Source of the DNA: Roseibacillus sp.
GTDB taxonomy: Bacteria > Verrucomicrobiota > Verrucomicrobiia > Verrucomicrobiales > Akkermansiaceae
Reading direction: 5' to 3'
Length of the DNA stretch: 64,000 nt
Assembly: GCA_965242925.1 (NCBI GenBank)
Contig: CBDEUM010000022.1
Location: 192,001-256,000, forward strand
Shown: one piece after another, positions 22,414 to 33,235 of the stretch
Layout of the letters: each line of letters opens with the position of its first letter
Numbering within the stretch: position 1 is the first letter of the stretch
The notes under the pieces: generated by a model
The model's database searches: none
The model's input: the letters and a program-made list of their open reading frames with translations, nothing else
What the model was told of the DNA's origin: nothing
Made by a program: the position numbers and the translations under genes

Positions 22414-22448
22414 ACTTGCAACTTGAAACCTGAAACTTGAAACTTCCC
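22414..22448 (+). repeat. Heptamer tandem array (consensus ACTTGAA) abutting the argH start
   Basis: acttgca acttgaa acctgaa acttgaa acttccc, then gc ATG. Confidence 0.8.
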
Positions 22449-22450
22449 GC

Positions 22451-23806
22451 ATGTGGAAGGGCCGCTTCGCGCAGCAAACCGCTGATCTGCTACAACGCTA
22501 TGGAGAGTCGATCTCCTACGACTGGCGTCTGTACCCGCACGATATTGCCGGATCGATTGCTCACGCCCGGGCTCAGATGAACGCGGGACTTCTGAGCGAA
22601 GAGGAATTCACACAGATCGAAACCGGCTTGCGCGAAATCGAGAAGGAAATCGAGAGGGGTGAGTTTGAGTTCTCCATTGAACTGGAGGACATCCACATGA
22701 ACATCGAGGCCGCCCTCACCAGGAAAATCGGTCCGGCAGGTGCCAAGTTGCACACCGCGCGCAGCCGCAATGACCAGGTTGCCACCGACACCCGCCTCTA
22801 TTGCCGCAGCTCCATCGATCACCTTTTCGTGCTGGTCACCGGCCTGCAAAACGCCCTGCTCTCCCAGGCAGGGAATCACGCTGCGGTAGTGGTACCCGGC
22901 TACACCCACCTCCAGCGCGGCCAACCCGTCACCATTGGTCACCACCTCCTCGCCTATGTCGAGATGCTGGAGCGCGACAAACTGCGCCTGCGCGACTGTC
23001 GCAGACGCCTCAACATCTGCCCGCTCGGATCCGGAGCCCTCGCTGGTTCCACCATCAACCTCGACCGTCACGCCATCGCACAGGAGCTCGGCTTCGAGGG
23101 AGTGTCCACCAATTCGATGGATGCCATTGCAGACCGCGATTACATCGCGGAGCTTCTCTTCGCCATCTCCCTGCTCGGCATCCATCTTTCACGCCTCAGC
23201 GAAGATCTCATCCTCTGGTGCAGTGTGGAGTTCGGCTTTGCCGCCCTGAGCGACGCACACACAACGGGGTCGTCACTGATGCCGCAAAAGAAGAACCCGG
23301 ACGCGTGCGAACTCACCCGTGGCAGGGCGGGCCGGCTGGCAGGCAATCTTGTAACCCTCCTCACCACCCTCAAGGGACTTCCCCTCACCTACAACCGTGA
23401 CCTGCAGGAAGACAAGGAACCGCTCTTCGATTCCATCGAGACAGTCACCCTTGCTCTCGAAGTGAACGCCGAGATGATCACCGCCATGGAGATCAACGAG
23501 GAGCGTTGCCGCCAGGCTGCGGGTGATCCGGTCCTCCTGGCTACCGACCTCGCCGACTACCTCGTCCGCAAGGGCATTCCCTTCCGTGAGGCTCACGAAA
23601 TCGTTGGAAAGGCGGTGGCAACCGCGGAAAAACAAGATACCCCGCTGGACCATCTGGACCTCCCTGCCATCTCTGAGGCATTCGGCACTGACGCCGGAGA
23701 GGTTTTCGATCTCGAGACCGCCCTGCGATCGCGCACCAATCCGGGCGCACCTTCAATCGAAAACGTGCGCGGGGAGATTGATCGATGGCAGGCCCACCTC
23801 TCCTGA
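22451..23806 (+). CDS. argH: Argininosuccinate lyase
   Basis: MWKGRF, HTARSRNDQ, PGYTHLQ and GSSLMPQKKNPD. Confidence 0.98.
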   Translation: MWKGRFAQQTADLLQRYGESISYDWRLYPHDIAGSIAHARAQMNAGLLSEEEFTQIETGLREIEKEIERGEFEFSIELEDIHMNIEAALTRKIGPAGAKLHTARSRNDQVATDTRLYCRSSIDHLFVLVTGLQNALLSQAGNHAAVVVPGYTHLQRGQPVTIGHHLLAYVEMLERDKLRLRDCRRRLNICPLGSGALAGSTINLDRHAIAQELGFEGVSTNSMDAIADRDYIAELLFAISLLGIHLSRLSEDLILWCSVEFGFAALSDAHTTGSSLMPQKKNPDACELTRGRAGRLAGNLVTLLTTLKGLPLTYNRDLQEDKEPLFDSIETVTLALEVNAEMITAMEINEERCRQAAGDPVLLATDLADYLVRKGIPFREAHEIVGKAVATAEKQDTPLDHLDLPAISEAFGTDAGEVFDLETALRSRTNPGAPSIENVRGEIDRWQAHLS

Positions 23807-23954
23807 GGCAGGGAGGTCTGCGAACCCGGACGGGCAGTTGTCTGAAGAGAAATGCTCCGGCCGCCGATCGGTCGTGGGAACAGGGCTTTTCCCCTTTCCG
23901 CAACTGACAACAGGGCCTAGTGTTTCCCGTTTCTGAGAGTCACCCCCCAACTCG

Positions 23955-26900
23955 ATGTCTCGATTCAGCACCTGCTCCGTTATCGCTGCCACATTCATGC
24001 TTGTGACCGCAGGCGCCTGCGCCGCTGGCGACACGGACGGAGACGGCCTGCCTGATGAATGGGAAATCCTGAATTTCGGTGATCTCGGAGAGACCGATAC
24101 CGGCGACCTTGAACCCGACGGCCTGACCAACATCCAGGAGTTCAATAGAAACACTGATCCCAACGATGCCGACTCGGACAACGACGGGGTCGATGACGGA
24201 CCCGAGTTCAATATCCACAACACCGATCCCGCGGATGCCGACAGTGACGACGATGGGCTGTCTGATGGAATGGAACTCGGCACCCACAACACCGATCCCC
24301 TGGCCGAGGACAGTGACAACGACGGCCTCTCCGACGGTGCCGAGGTCAACACTCATTCCACCAGCCCCCGCCTTGAGGATTCCGATGGGGATGGTTTCAA
24401 CGACGGGATGGAAGTTTCCGCCGGGAGTGACCCGGGCGACCCCGGAAGCAGGCCTGACTTCAGCAACCTTTCCAATGTGGTCATCAATGAATTCATGGCG
24501 CAGAACCAATCCACTCTCCTTGATGAAGACGGGGAGAGCTCCGACTGGATCGAACTCTGGAATCCGAACGATCAGCCCGTCCCCATCACGGGTTGGCATC
24601 TCACCGACGATCCCAACGACCTGACCAAATGGACCTTTCCGGTTTATGCCATGGAGGGAAACAGTTTCCTCGTCCTCTTCGCTTCCACCAAGGACCGGAC
24701 AGTTTCCGGCCATGAGCTTCACACCTCCTTCGCGCTGGAAAAAAGCGGTGGGTTTCTCGCCCTCACCCGGCCCGCCGGACAGGGTGAAGTTGAGATCGTC
24801 CACCAGTTCAACCCCTATCCCGTCCAGACCGAGGACGTGTCGTTCGGCCTCTACGGAAACGAGGAACCGCTTCAATCCGGTTTTTTTCTCACCCCCACTC
24901 CTGATTCCGCCAACGATCCCGGCGCGGTGCAGGGATTCGTGGCCGATACCCGCTTCTCGATCGACCGCGGATTCTATGACACACCGCAAAGTGTGGTGAT
25001 CAGCTCCGCCACTCCTGGCGCGAGCATCATCTATACCACCAACAGCACGGTCCCCACCCTCAGCCCTCTCAATGGCCTGCGCGTCGATGCCCCGGACACC
25101 AACACTCCTCCCAGTGCCACCCTGACAATCTCCCGCACCACCGTGCTCCGCGCCTTCGCCTTCAAGGACGATCACGAATCTACCAATGTCGACACGCAAA
25201 CCTATCTCTTTGCCGATCAGGTCCTGCAGCAGGGCACTCCCAGTCAATCCTGGGCCAACTGGGGAAACCCGGGCCCGGACTGGGATATGAACACCCTGGT
25301 GACGGAGCACTCCAATCCGTCCAGTCGCTGTGTGGCAGACGACCTCCTGGAAATTCCCACCCTCTCCATCTCTCTCCCCTTCGCCGACATGTGGGGCAAC
25401 GGGGGAATCTACATTTCGGGAGAAGGCGTGGAGAGGGGCTGCTCCATTGAATTCATCAACCCGAACGGGGATCCCGCCAGTCCAAATTCCGAACAGGGAT
25501 TTCAGATCGACGGCACCGTCCAAATCGTGGGCGGATCGTCAACCGGTCGCTGGAAGAGCAACCACCTTTCCATGCGTGTCAAATTCACCAACGGTGATCT
25601 TCGACACAAGGTCTTCGACAAACCCTGGATTCCATTCGGCAGTGACGCCACCGATCGCTTTGACACCCTGGTGGTGGACGGCCGCCTCAACAACGTGTGG
25701 AACCACCCCAGCCACAGCCAGCGAGTCCTCGGCCAGTATGTCAGGGACCAGTATGTTGCAGATCTGCAGAACGCTCTCGGGGGAACCGCTCCCCATGGGC
25801 GGCACATGCACGTCTACGTGGCGGGCATCTACTGGGGCATGCACACCATTCATGAGCGTCCGGATGACAACTTCGCGGCCGAGTACTTCGGCGGCAACAA
25901 TGACGACTACGACGTGGTCAAGCACTCGGGGAGCACTGTCATCAGCGGTTCCAGTTCCAACTACAACAGACTCTCCAGCGTCCTCAACGCGGATCTCTCC
26001 AACCAGGGCCACTTCCAGCGGGCAACCAGCATGCTCGATCTTGAGGACTTCGCGAAATACATGATCGTGAACTATTTCTGCGGCAATACCGACTGGGATC
26101 AACACAACTGGTACGCCAGTTTCAACCGCCGCGTCCGCGGTGCCAGGTGGCATTTTCATTCGTGGGATGCCGAGCACGTGCTCAAGGGTGAAAACGACGA
26201 CGCCACGGGTCGTAACAATGGCGGCAAACCCACCGGCTTTCAGCACCGTCTGATGGCCAATGAGGAGTACAAGCTCATCTTCGCCGACATCGTGCGGCGG
26301 GAGTTCTTCAATGGGGGACAACTCTCCCCCTCCCGTGCAATCGCGCACTACAGCCAACGACTCAACATCATCGACCGCGCCATTCGTGCTGAATCCGCCC
26401 GCTGGGGCGACAACAAGCGCCCTGGGCAACCATACACCCGGGGCAACGAGTGGCTGGCAGAGCGCAACCGCATTGTCAGAGGCTACCTCCGGCGCCGCAC
26501 CAACACCGTCTTCCGCCAGTTCCAGAATCGCGGTTGGTACCCCGCCACCAACGCCCCTGATTTCAGCCCGCATGGGGGCAACGTGACACAGGATTTCGCT
26601 CTCTCCGTCACCAGCCCCGATGGCGGCACAATTTACTATACCATGGATGGCCGCGATCCCCGGGAAACCCTTACGGGTACCCCGCTGGGGACTGCCTACA
26701 CCGGACCGGTCACTCTGAGTTCCACCGGCGTATTGAAGGCGCGGGTCCGCAGTAATGGCGGTGAGTGGTCGGCTCTGACCGAAGCTCTTTTCGTGGTCGG
26801 GACCGAGGAAGCAGGAGCGGACAACCTGGTTGTTTCAGAGCTGCACTACCGCCCCGGCTCCCCCTCTACGGAGGAACTCGCCGCAGGCTACAACAACCGG

Positions 26901-27740
26901 CGGGACTTCGAATTCATTGAACTCCTGAACGTGGGATCCACGCCAATCGATCTCAGCAACGTGGTTTTCGAGGATGGGATCGATTTCAACTTTCGCAGCG
27001 ACTCGGAGATCTTTGCGCTGGACCCGGGAGAGCGCATTCTCATCGTGAAGAATGCCGCCGCCTTCGTGTTTCGCCATGGACCCGGACTGCCCGTGGCAGG
27101 GGCCTTCCAGAACGGCACGGATCTTTCCAACGGAGGAGAAAACATCACGCTGAGTAACGACACCACGGGCGAGACGATTCAGGACTTCGCCTATTCCGAC
27201 ACTTCGCCCTGGTCCGAGGCGGCCGACGGGCATGGCTACTCACTCACCCTTGCCTGTCCTGTGACCGGCGTCCATCTCACCAATCCGCTGAACTGGCGGG
27301 CGAGCCGGGAGGTGGGTGGCACCCCGGGTGGCGAGGACCGCATCTCCCTGGCAGACTGGCTCAGCACGAATGGCCTCGCAGCTGGGCAGGAAGAAAGCGA
27401 CCTCGATCGCGATGGCCTGAGCGCCCTGCTGGAGTATGCGGTGGGCGGTGATCCCAACGATTCCTCCGATGGCAACCTCTTCCTGCCTGCGGTGGCCTCC
27501 CTTGAGGTCGACGGGCAGACCGACAACTACCTGGTGCTGCAGTTCCCCCGCCTGAAGGGAGCCGACGATGTGCGGGTCACTGCCGAGGTTTCCGCCGACC
27601 TCATCACCTGGAGCGGCGCGGGCCCGGTTGTCGACTACCAGTTCAGCAGCGGCAACCTCGTGGAAGTGCTCATGGTGCGCGCCCCTATTCCTGCCGGTAG
27701 CGAAGCCCAGTTCATCCGGCTTCGCGTGGAATCCAGATAA
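23955..27740 (+). CDS. Large secreted protein: TSP3-like Ca-binding repeats, lamin-tail domains, CotH kinase-like domain, Fn3-associated domains
   Basis: Signal peptide; DSDxDGLxDGxE repeats; VVINEFMA..DWIEL and VVSELHY..EFIEL (LTD); YWGMHTIHER, NTDW..HNW and WDAE (CotH); IYYTMDGRDP. Confidence 0.85.
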   Translation: MSRFSTCSVIAATFMLVTAGACAAGDTDGDGLPDEWEILNFGDLGETDTGDLEPDGLTNIQEFNRNTDPNDADSDNDGVDDGPEFNIHNTDPADADSDDDGLSDGMELGTHNTDPLAEDSDNDGLSDGAEVNTHSTSPRLEDSDGDGFNDGMEVSAGSDPGDPGSRPDFSNLSNVVINEFMAQNQSTLLDEDGESSDWIELWNPNDQPVPITGWHLTDDPNDLTKWTFPVYAMEGNSFLVLFASTKDRTVSGHELHTSFALEKSGGFLALTRPAGQGEVEIVHQFNPYPVQTEDVSFGLYGNEEPLQSGFFLTPTPDSANDPGAVQGFVADTRFSIDRGFYDTPQSVVISSATPGASIIYTTNSTVPTLSPLNGLRVDAPDTNTPPSATLTISRTTVLRAFAFKDDHESTNVDTQTYLFADQVLQQGTPSQSWANWGNPGPDWDMNTLVTEHSNPSSRCVADDLLEIPTLSISLPFADMWGNGGIYISGEGVERGCSIEFINPNGDPASPNSEQGFQIDGTVQIVGGSSTGRWKSNHLSMRVKFTNGDLRHKVFDKPWIPFGSDATDRFDTLVVDGRLNNVWNHPSHSQRVLGQYVRDQYVADLQNALGGTAPHGRHMHVYVAGIYWGMHTIHERPDDNFAAEYFGGNNDDYDVVKHSGSTVISGSSSNYNRLSSVLNADLSNQGHFQRATSMLDLEDFAKYMIVNYFCGNTDWDQHNWYASFNRRVRGARWHFHSWDAEHVLKGENDDATGRNNGGKPTGFQHRLMANEEYKLIFADIVRREFFNGGQLSPSRAIAHYSQRLNIIDRAIRAESARWGDNKRPGQPYTRGNEWLAERNRIVRGYLRRRTNTVFRQFQNRGWYPATNAPDFSPHGGNVTQDFALSVTSPDGGTIYYTMDGRDPRETLTGTPLGTAYTGPVTLSSTGVLKARVRSNGGEWSALTEALFVVGTEEAGADNLVVSELHYRPGSPSTEELAAGYNNRRDFEFIELLNVGSTPIDLSNVVFEDGIDFNFRSDSEIFALDPGERILIVKNAAAFVFRHGPGLPVAGAFQNGTDLSNGGENITLSNDTTGETIQDFAYSDTSPWSEAADGHGYSLTLACPVTGVHLTNPLNWRASREVGGTPGGEDRISLADWLSTNGLAAGQEESDLDRDGLSALLEYAVGGDPNDSSDGNLFLPAVASLEVDGQTDNYLVLQFPRLKGADDVRVTAEVSADLITWSGAGPVVDYQFSSGNLVEVLMVRAPIPAGSEAQFIRLRVESR

Positions 27741-27769
27741 CTCAGGAATTCATCCTGCCGGAATTCAGC

Positions 27770-30064
27770 TCACTCGGCGGGAAACTGGAAGCGGGACAAC
27801 TCCACGGTCTCGACCGTGTCCCTTTCCTCGGTAATCCGGATCATCCGGTTGGCAGTAACGTCCTGAAATTGCTGCGTTATGCCGCTTGCTGGCCACCAGA
27901 TTTCGATGCGGTCGATGGTGTCCGCCTGACCAATTCCTATCGTCTGCCGCAAGGGATTGGCCCCAAAGCTCCCCCCACTGTTCACATGGCGGTAGACCGA
28001 ACGCTCCCCAGGTGGACTTTCCTCCTTGAGCACCAGTCGGATCCGGGCCCCGATGGCACAACGGTTGGAGCGGGTCCCAACCAGCTGAATTGCAATCCAG
28101 TTGTTATCACAACCGGGGTTTTCAAAGAGAGCATCTGAAAACGTGTCTCCGGTGGACCCACCCCCCATTTGAGCGTAGATGTCCTGGTCCCCATCATGAT
28201 CAAAATCTGCAAAGGCAATGCCGTGGCCCTTCTGCAGATGCCCGAACCCTCCGTCCCAGGTCACATCCGAGAACCCCTGGCCCCCTCTGTTCCGGAACAT
28301 GACGTTCGGCATGAGTGCATCGTAATCCGGATAGCCGGTTCCAAGGTAAAAATCGAGGAACCCATCGTGGTCAAGATCTCCAAAGTTACATCCCATGGGA
28401 AGGACAAGGGTATCCAGGCCCACCTTGGCCGCGACTTCTGAAAACCCACCCTTTCCATCACCGCGATAGAGACAGGCAAGTTCATCGTCGCAGGGCCGCC
28501 CAAGGTAACTCTCCACCAGACTTGAAAGCGACTCGGGTAGCCCACGGTTAGCGGCAACGAAGAGATCCAGATTTCCATCGTTATCATAATCCCAGAACCA
28601 GGTCGGGAAAGCCGCTAAGGGACGCGTGACCTTCAGTTCCGGTGCCACGTCCGTAAACGTGCCATCGCCATTATTGCGGTAGAGGCGGTTGGGACTCATT
28701 AGATTCGCCACATACAGATCAGGATCGCCATCATTGTCATAATCTCCCCACGTGACCCCCTTCGTAAACCCCCCGTTCAGCACCCCGGCCCTTCCGGCAA
28801 CATCGGTGAAGGTCCCATCTCCGTTGTTCCGGAACAGCTGGTTGGTCAAACTATCACGCCCTGAAGGTTCGTTGCCCACGTAAAGATCCAAGTCGCCGTC
28901 GTGATCGAAATCGGCCCAGGCGGCTGTCTGGGTCGGATGAGCAGGCTCCGCGAGACCGGATGCGAAGGTGACATCCGTAAACACACCCTCTCCATCGTTA
29001 CGCAGGAGCGAGTTTGGATGCCGACCGGCCTTCAGCAACCATGCCCCACGTAAGACGAGCACATCAAGATCACCATCATTGTCATAGTCCGCCTGCTCCA
29101 GGTTCAATCCACCGGTCAGGCCTGTCAGTCCGGCTGACCTTGATCTCTCCTGGAAACTCCCATCACCCTTGTTCCGGAAGTAGCGCATCGGCCCTCGCGA
29201 ATCGAACGTGGAACTCACTATATCGAGTAAATTATCCCCATCAAAATCGTCCACGATCACTCCACCTGCCAGATTGAACGTATCAAGATCCAGACGGGGT
29301 GCAATGTTGACGAACTTTGGCCAAGGCTCGTCGGAAGCAAATACGGCAGGGGGAATCAGTTTATCCTCCGGGACCTTCGACGGATAGCCATTGATGGTCA
29401 TGTAAGCCAGGTTGAGAAGCCAGAGCGCGCGGAATTTGAGAACGCGGGGAACATCAGGCGTCATCAGGATCTCTTCCAGATAGCGAATGGCACTTCGTGA
29501 TTGCGCCTGATCCGTATGAATCCCTTCTCCCCGAATCGGCATGATGCAACTGTTCTCATTGTTGCGGGCACAGCAATTACGGGTCTCTCCATGACGAAGA
29601 TAGGCCACTGCCAGACGGTAACGGATGTCATTGAGTGCTTTCTGAGGAATTGCTGCCCCCAGGCGGGAGTACCTATCATATGCACCCTGCAACCGGGAGA
29701 GGACCTCCTTTTCCTTCCCCTGGACAGCTTCCGCCTCCGCAAGACGCAGGACAGCCTCCAAGTGTTGTGCACTCGGCCTGTCCGGAAGAGAGTCCAGTTT
29801 TTTGCGCCAGGTTCTCACCTCTGCCACCCCGGTAAACGGGTTTCCAACCTCGGTTTCCTCCACAATCCTAGCCAGCATTTCAACCATCCGCTGGTGGCCA
29901 ACGGGTTGTGGTGGGGCCTCTTCCCGGGACTCGCCTTCCCCGCCACCTTGCTCTCCTCCGGGGTCGGAGCATGCGCCCAACCCGAACGTCATTACCCCCA
30001 ATGAGAGAAAAAGTTTCCTGCGAGATGACAGGAAAGAAGATATTGCCCGCAAAGCGTCGGTCAT
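27770..30064 (-). CDS. CRTAC1-like FG-GAP repeat/ASPIC-UnbV lipoprotein with N-terminal TPR-like region
   Basis: Lipobox LGAC; repeated DYDNDGDLD and NxGDGTFTDV; C-terminal NRCAIGARI...IWWPASG. Confidence 0.88.
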   Translation of the reverse strand: MTDALRAISSFLSSRRKLFLSLGVMTFGLGACSDPGGEQGGGEGESREEAPPQPVGHQRMVEMLARIVEETEVGNPFTGVAEVRTWRKKLDSLPDRPSAQHLEAVLRLAEAEAVQGKEKEVLSRLQGAYDRYSRLGAAIPQKALNDIRYRLAVAYLRHGETRNCCARNNENSCIMPIRGEGIHTDQAQSRSAIRYLEEILMTPDVPRVLKFRALWLLNLAYMTINGYPSKVPEDKLIPPAVFASDEPWPKFVNIAPRLDLDTFNLAGGVIVDDFDGDNLLDIVSSTFDSRGPMRYFRNKGDGSFQERSRSAGLTGLTGGLNLEQADYDNDGDLDVLVLRGAWLLKAGRHPNSLLRNDGEGVFTDVTFASGLAEPAHPTQTAAWADFDHDGDLDLYVGNEPSGRDSLTNQLFRNNGDGTFTDVAGRAGVLNGGFTKGVTWGDYDNDGDPDLYVANLMSPNRLYRNNGDGTFTDVAPELKVTRPLAAFPTWFWDYDNDGNLDLFVAANRGLPESLSSLVESYLGRPCDDELACLYRGDGKGGFSEVAAKVGLDTLVLPMGCNFGDLDHDGFLDFYLGTGYPDYDALMPNVMFRNRGGQGFSDVTWDGGFGHLQKGHGIAFADFDHDGDQDIYAQMGGGSTGDTFSDALFENPGCDNNWIAIQLVGTRSNRCAIGARIRLVLKEESPPGERSVYRHVNSGGSFGANPLRQTIGIGQADTIDRIEIWWPASGITQQFQDVTANRMIRITEERDTVETVELSRFQFPAE

Positions 30065-30476
30065 TGTAGCGCCTTCAGATCTACCGGATTCTCAGCTGAA
30101 AGGTCTCAGACTACAGGAAGTCTACTCGGCCTGGATAAGATCACAATCAGTTTCCAGCAGGTGCCGATCAGTTCTCGGCAGGTGCCAAATTCCCCGGATG
30201 ATTGACTCTGTTCATCGAGTCGATGGGCCCGATCGTGAATCTGGTCTGCAAGGAAAATGATTCCATCTCTTGTCTCAAATCCTGCGATCGGCCCATCAGC
30301 AACTTCAAATGTTCCTATCCACTTGAATCCACAGTCCATCACGCTAAAAGGTGACCGCCAACGCCCCTGAACCGCATCGGATGAAGGACATGTATCCGCT
30401 ACTGTGAAGGCAATATTGAGTTAGTCTAATGCCCGACAGAAAGCTCCTCTGAAGTGCCTTCCGAACTCCTCACTTG

Positions 30477-31010
30477 ATGAACTGCTTATTTCCCAGCTGC
30501 ACCCCCTTGAATCTCGTTACGACGGCCTTGGCGATTGCCATCCCGCTGGCGGGCTGCAGCGGAGGCAGGGGGATCTCCTCCAGCGCTTCCTACAATCCCG
30601 GATACGGTCCCTTCGACCAGAACGGCAACTACGTGGAGGCCTGGGCCGACAAGCCGGCGCAACAGCATCGCTGGGGAACCACGCCGGTCCCACCGGAGCC
30701 TGCTCCCCAACTGGTCGTCAGAAAAGATCCCCCGGTGCCGACCAGCCGGAAGAAACCTACGGGAAAGCGCCCACCCCTCGTGGCCTCCCAGGCACCTCCC
30801 TCCCGGCCGGCTCCCGTAGTGCAAGCCAAACCCCGGCCCGCTTCCCCCAAACCGACACCCAAGCCGACGATTCGCCATACCGTGGTCAAGGGCAACACCC
30901 TCTACTCCCTGGGCCGCCGCTATGGCACTTCGGTCGGCGCCATTCAGCGGGCGAATGGAATCAGGGGGACCACCATCCGCATCGGCCAGAAACTCAGGAT
31001 TCCCAGATAA
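30477..31010 (+). CDS. LysM-domain lipoprotein with Pro-rich linker
   Basis: Lipobox LAGC; HTVVKGNTLYSLGRRYGTSV..IGQKLRIP. Confidence 0.9.
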   Translation: MNCLFPSCTPLNLVTTALAIAIPLAGCSGGRGISSSASYNPGYGPFDQNGNYVEAWADKPAQQHRWGTTPVPPEPAPQLVVRKDPPVPTSRKKPTGKRPPLVASQAPPSRPAPVVQAKPRPASPKPTPKPTIRHTVVKGNTLYSLGRRYGTSVGAIQRANGIRGTTIRIGQKLRIPR

Positions 31011-31041
31011 GGCCCCAGCCGCTGGCCCCGGCTTGTTCTGT

Positions 31042-32112
31042 TCAACTCCCGGGCGAAACGCTCTTCCCGCCCGACTGTCCTTCCAGCGACCCCGTCTTTC
31101 CCTTCAGGCCAGCCACCACGAAGGCCGCTCCGATGGCGTACATGAAGATCGAATAAAACTGGCCCTTGGTCAGGAACCCTTCGATCACCCAGTCCGAATC
31201 GGGTTCACGGAACTGCTCCGCCACAATGCGGAAGGTCGCGTAAAGGACAAAGAAGGACCCCGTGATCACCCCATGCCCCAGGTTCCGGAACCTCAGGCGC
31301 AGGACAGACAGGATCGCGAAGAGGCCCAGCCCCTCCAGGAAGGCCTGGTAGAGTTGCGACGGATGACGGGTCTGCACGTAGGTTCCGAACACCTCAAGAA
31401 TGGCGGGATTCTCCCTGCTCGCGTCCAGCGCACCTTCCAGAAGTTGCCCTTTACCGGTTGAAGGACTGGCGAGATAGCCATCCCACAGTGCTGCCAGACG
31501 TTCAGGCTCGGCCTCCACCGCCTCTCTCATGGCCTTGTAAAAGCGGTCCTCGTTCCCCTCCCCCAGCAACTCCTTGGGAAACTTCATCCCCACCGCCGCA
31601 CCGGTTACTCTGCCATAGAGTTCACCATTGATGAAGTTGGCAATCCGGCCAAAGAAGATTCCCAGGGTGGAGACGATCACCAACCCGTCTCCCACTCCCG
31701 TCCAGGAGCACCCGGCACGACGGGCATAGAAATAGGTGAAGATGGTCAATCCCACAATGCCGCCATGACTCGACATCCCTCCCTTCCATACCTGCAGGAT
31801 CACGAGAGGGTTCTCCAGCACGTAACCGACCCCGCTCTCGGGAATCATGTATAAAAGAACGTAACCCAGCCGACCGCCAAGGAAGACTCCGAAGAGCGCC
31901 GCGTAGGCAACAAAATCAGCAACCTTCTCGGGTTGCACCACCCACAGCCCCTTCCGCGCCAGCCACTTCAGTCCGAAGTAGCCCACAATGAACCCTGCAA
32001 GATAGGCCAGCCCGTACCATCGCAACGCAAAGGTCTCGGTGATCTCAAGGATCTCCGGCTTGAGATTGTGGACCCAGACCCCCAACACGTGCACGTCCGT
32101 AAAAGAACTCAT
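31042..32112 (-). CDS. lgt: Prolipoprotein diacylglyceryl transferase
   Basis: RWYGLAY, GGRLGY, GGMSSHGG, GRIANFINGELYGR and RHPSQLY. Confidence 0.97.
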   Translation of the reverse strand: MSSFTDVHVLGVWVHNLKPEILEITETFALRWYGLAYLAGFIVGYFGLKWLARKGLWVVQPEKVADFVAYAALFGVFLGGRLGYVLLYMIPESGVGYVLENPLVILQVWKGGMSSHGGIVGLTIFTYFYARRAGCSWTGVGDGLVIVSTLGIFFGRIANFINGELYGRVTGAAVGMKFPKELLGEGNEDRFYKAMREAVEAEPERLAALWDGYLASPSTGKGQLLEGALDASRENPAILEVFGTYVQTRHPSQLYQAFLEGLGLFAILSVLRLRFRNLGHGVITGSFFVLYATFRIVAEQFREPDSDWVIEGFLTKGQFYSIFMYAIGAAFVVAGLKGKTGSLEGQSGGKSVSPGS

Positions 32113-32158
32113 CGCAGATCGGTTGCCAGCACTATTTCCGTATTCCCCCCGGCAAACA

Positions 32159-33235
32159 CTACAAATACTCCACCAGCTTGGCAGCCTGGCGGACGGTTAA
32201 CCGCCTGATGAGGGCTACACTGAGATCCACCATGGCCCGATAATCCGCCAGATCGATGATGCTGTTGTGCGAGTGGATGTAGCGCGCGGGCACCCCGAGC
32301 ACTACCGATGGCACCCCCTCTCCTGAGAGATGCATCTCGCCCGCATCAGTGCCTCCTCCGCGCCGTACTGCCAGTTGGTGGGGGATATTCTCCTTCTCCG
32401 CGGTTTCAAGGGCGAGTTCGGTGAGCCGCGGATTCATGATGGCACTGGGGTCGTGCATGCGGACCTGGACTCCGGCCCCTACCACGGCCTGGGATTCATC
32501 AGTCCTGAACCCCGGGGTGTCATCAGCAGGCGTCCCCTCCAGAATAACTGCGACATCGGGCCTGGCATGGCGCGCCAGCGTACGCGCCCCCCTCAAGCCA
32601 ATTTCCTCCTGCACACTCCCCGCCAGGAGAACGCGATTGCTCCGCTTGAGTCTGGCCAGTTTCTGGCCGGCCTCCACCACGGCCGCCATCCCTACCCGGT
32701 TGTCGAAGGCCTTGGCGAGGTAGCGTCCCTTCCGTGCCATTGGCTCGAAGGACGTTCGCGGAGCAACGGGATCGCCCACTCGTATCCCCATCTCCGCCAC
32801 CTCTTCCCCCGAAGTGGCCCCAACGTCAACAAACATGCTCTCCAGCGACATCACCCTGCTGCGCTCGGCCTCGGGCAGGAAGTGCGGAGGCTTGGATCCC
32901 ACCACTCCCACGATCCCGTTTCCCCTGTTCGTCTTCACCACCAGCTGCTGGGCCAGCACCACATGCGGCCACCAGCCGCCCACCGCGATGAGCTGCAGAA
33001 ACCCCTTCGCACTGATCGACTGCACCCGAAAACCCACTTCGTCCATGTGGGCTTCCAGCATCACTCGCGGACCCTTCCCTCCCAGGTCGCACACCACCGA
33101 TCCGGTCCGATCGGTCGAGAATGAGCCCACATTCTCCAACTCCTTCACGAATACCTCACGCACCTCGCCCTCGAATCCCGACGGCCCATGAGCTTCCGTG
33201 AACCTCTTCAGGAGCGTTTCCGACTTTGTTGCCAT
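32159..33235 (-). CDS. M42-family aminopeptidase
   Basis: AHMDEVG, KAFDNRVG, QEEIGLRGA, GGTDAG and RYIHS. Confidence 0.94.
   Translation of the reverse strand: MATKSETLLKRFTEAHGPSGFEGEVREVFVKELENVGSFSTDRTGSVVCDLGGKGPRVMLEAHMDEVGFRVQSISAKGFLQLIAVGGWWPHVVLAQQLVVKTNRGNGIVGVVGSKPPHFLPEAERSRVMSLESMFVDVGATSGEEVAEMGIRVGDPVAPRTSFEPMARKGRYLAKAFDNRVGMAAVVEAGQKLARLKRSNRVLLAGSVQEEIGLRGARTLARHARPDVAVILEGTPADDTPGFRTDESQAVVGAGVQVRMHDPSAIMNPRLTELALETAEKENIPHQLAVRRGGGTDAGEMHLSGEGVPSVVLGVPARYIHSHNSIIDLADYRAMVDLSVALIRRLTVRQAAKLVEYL

Noticed and set aside
30106..30470. 78-aa ORF, 21-bp-period imperfect repeat (30146-30186) and Fur-box-like ATTGAGTTAGTCTAAT
   Set aside because: No recognisable motif, only two degenerate copies, and the palindrome is too weak to support.
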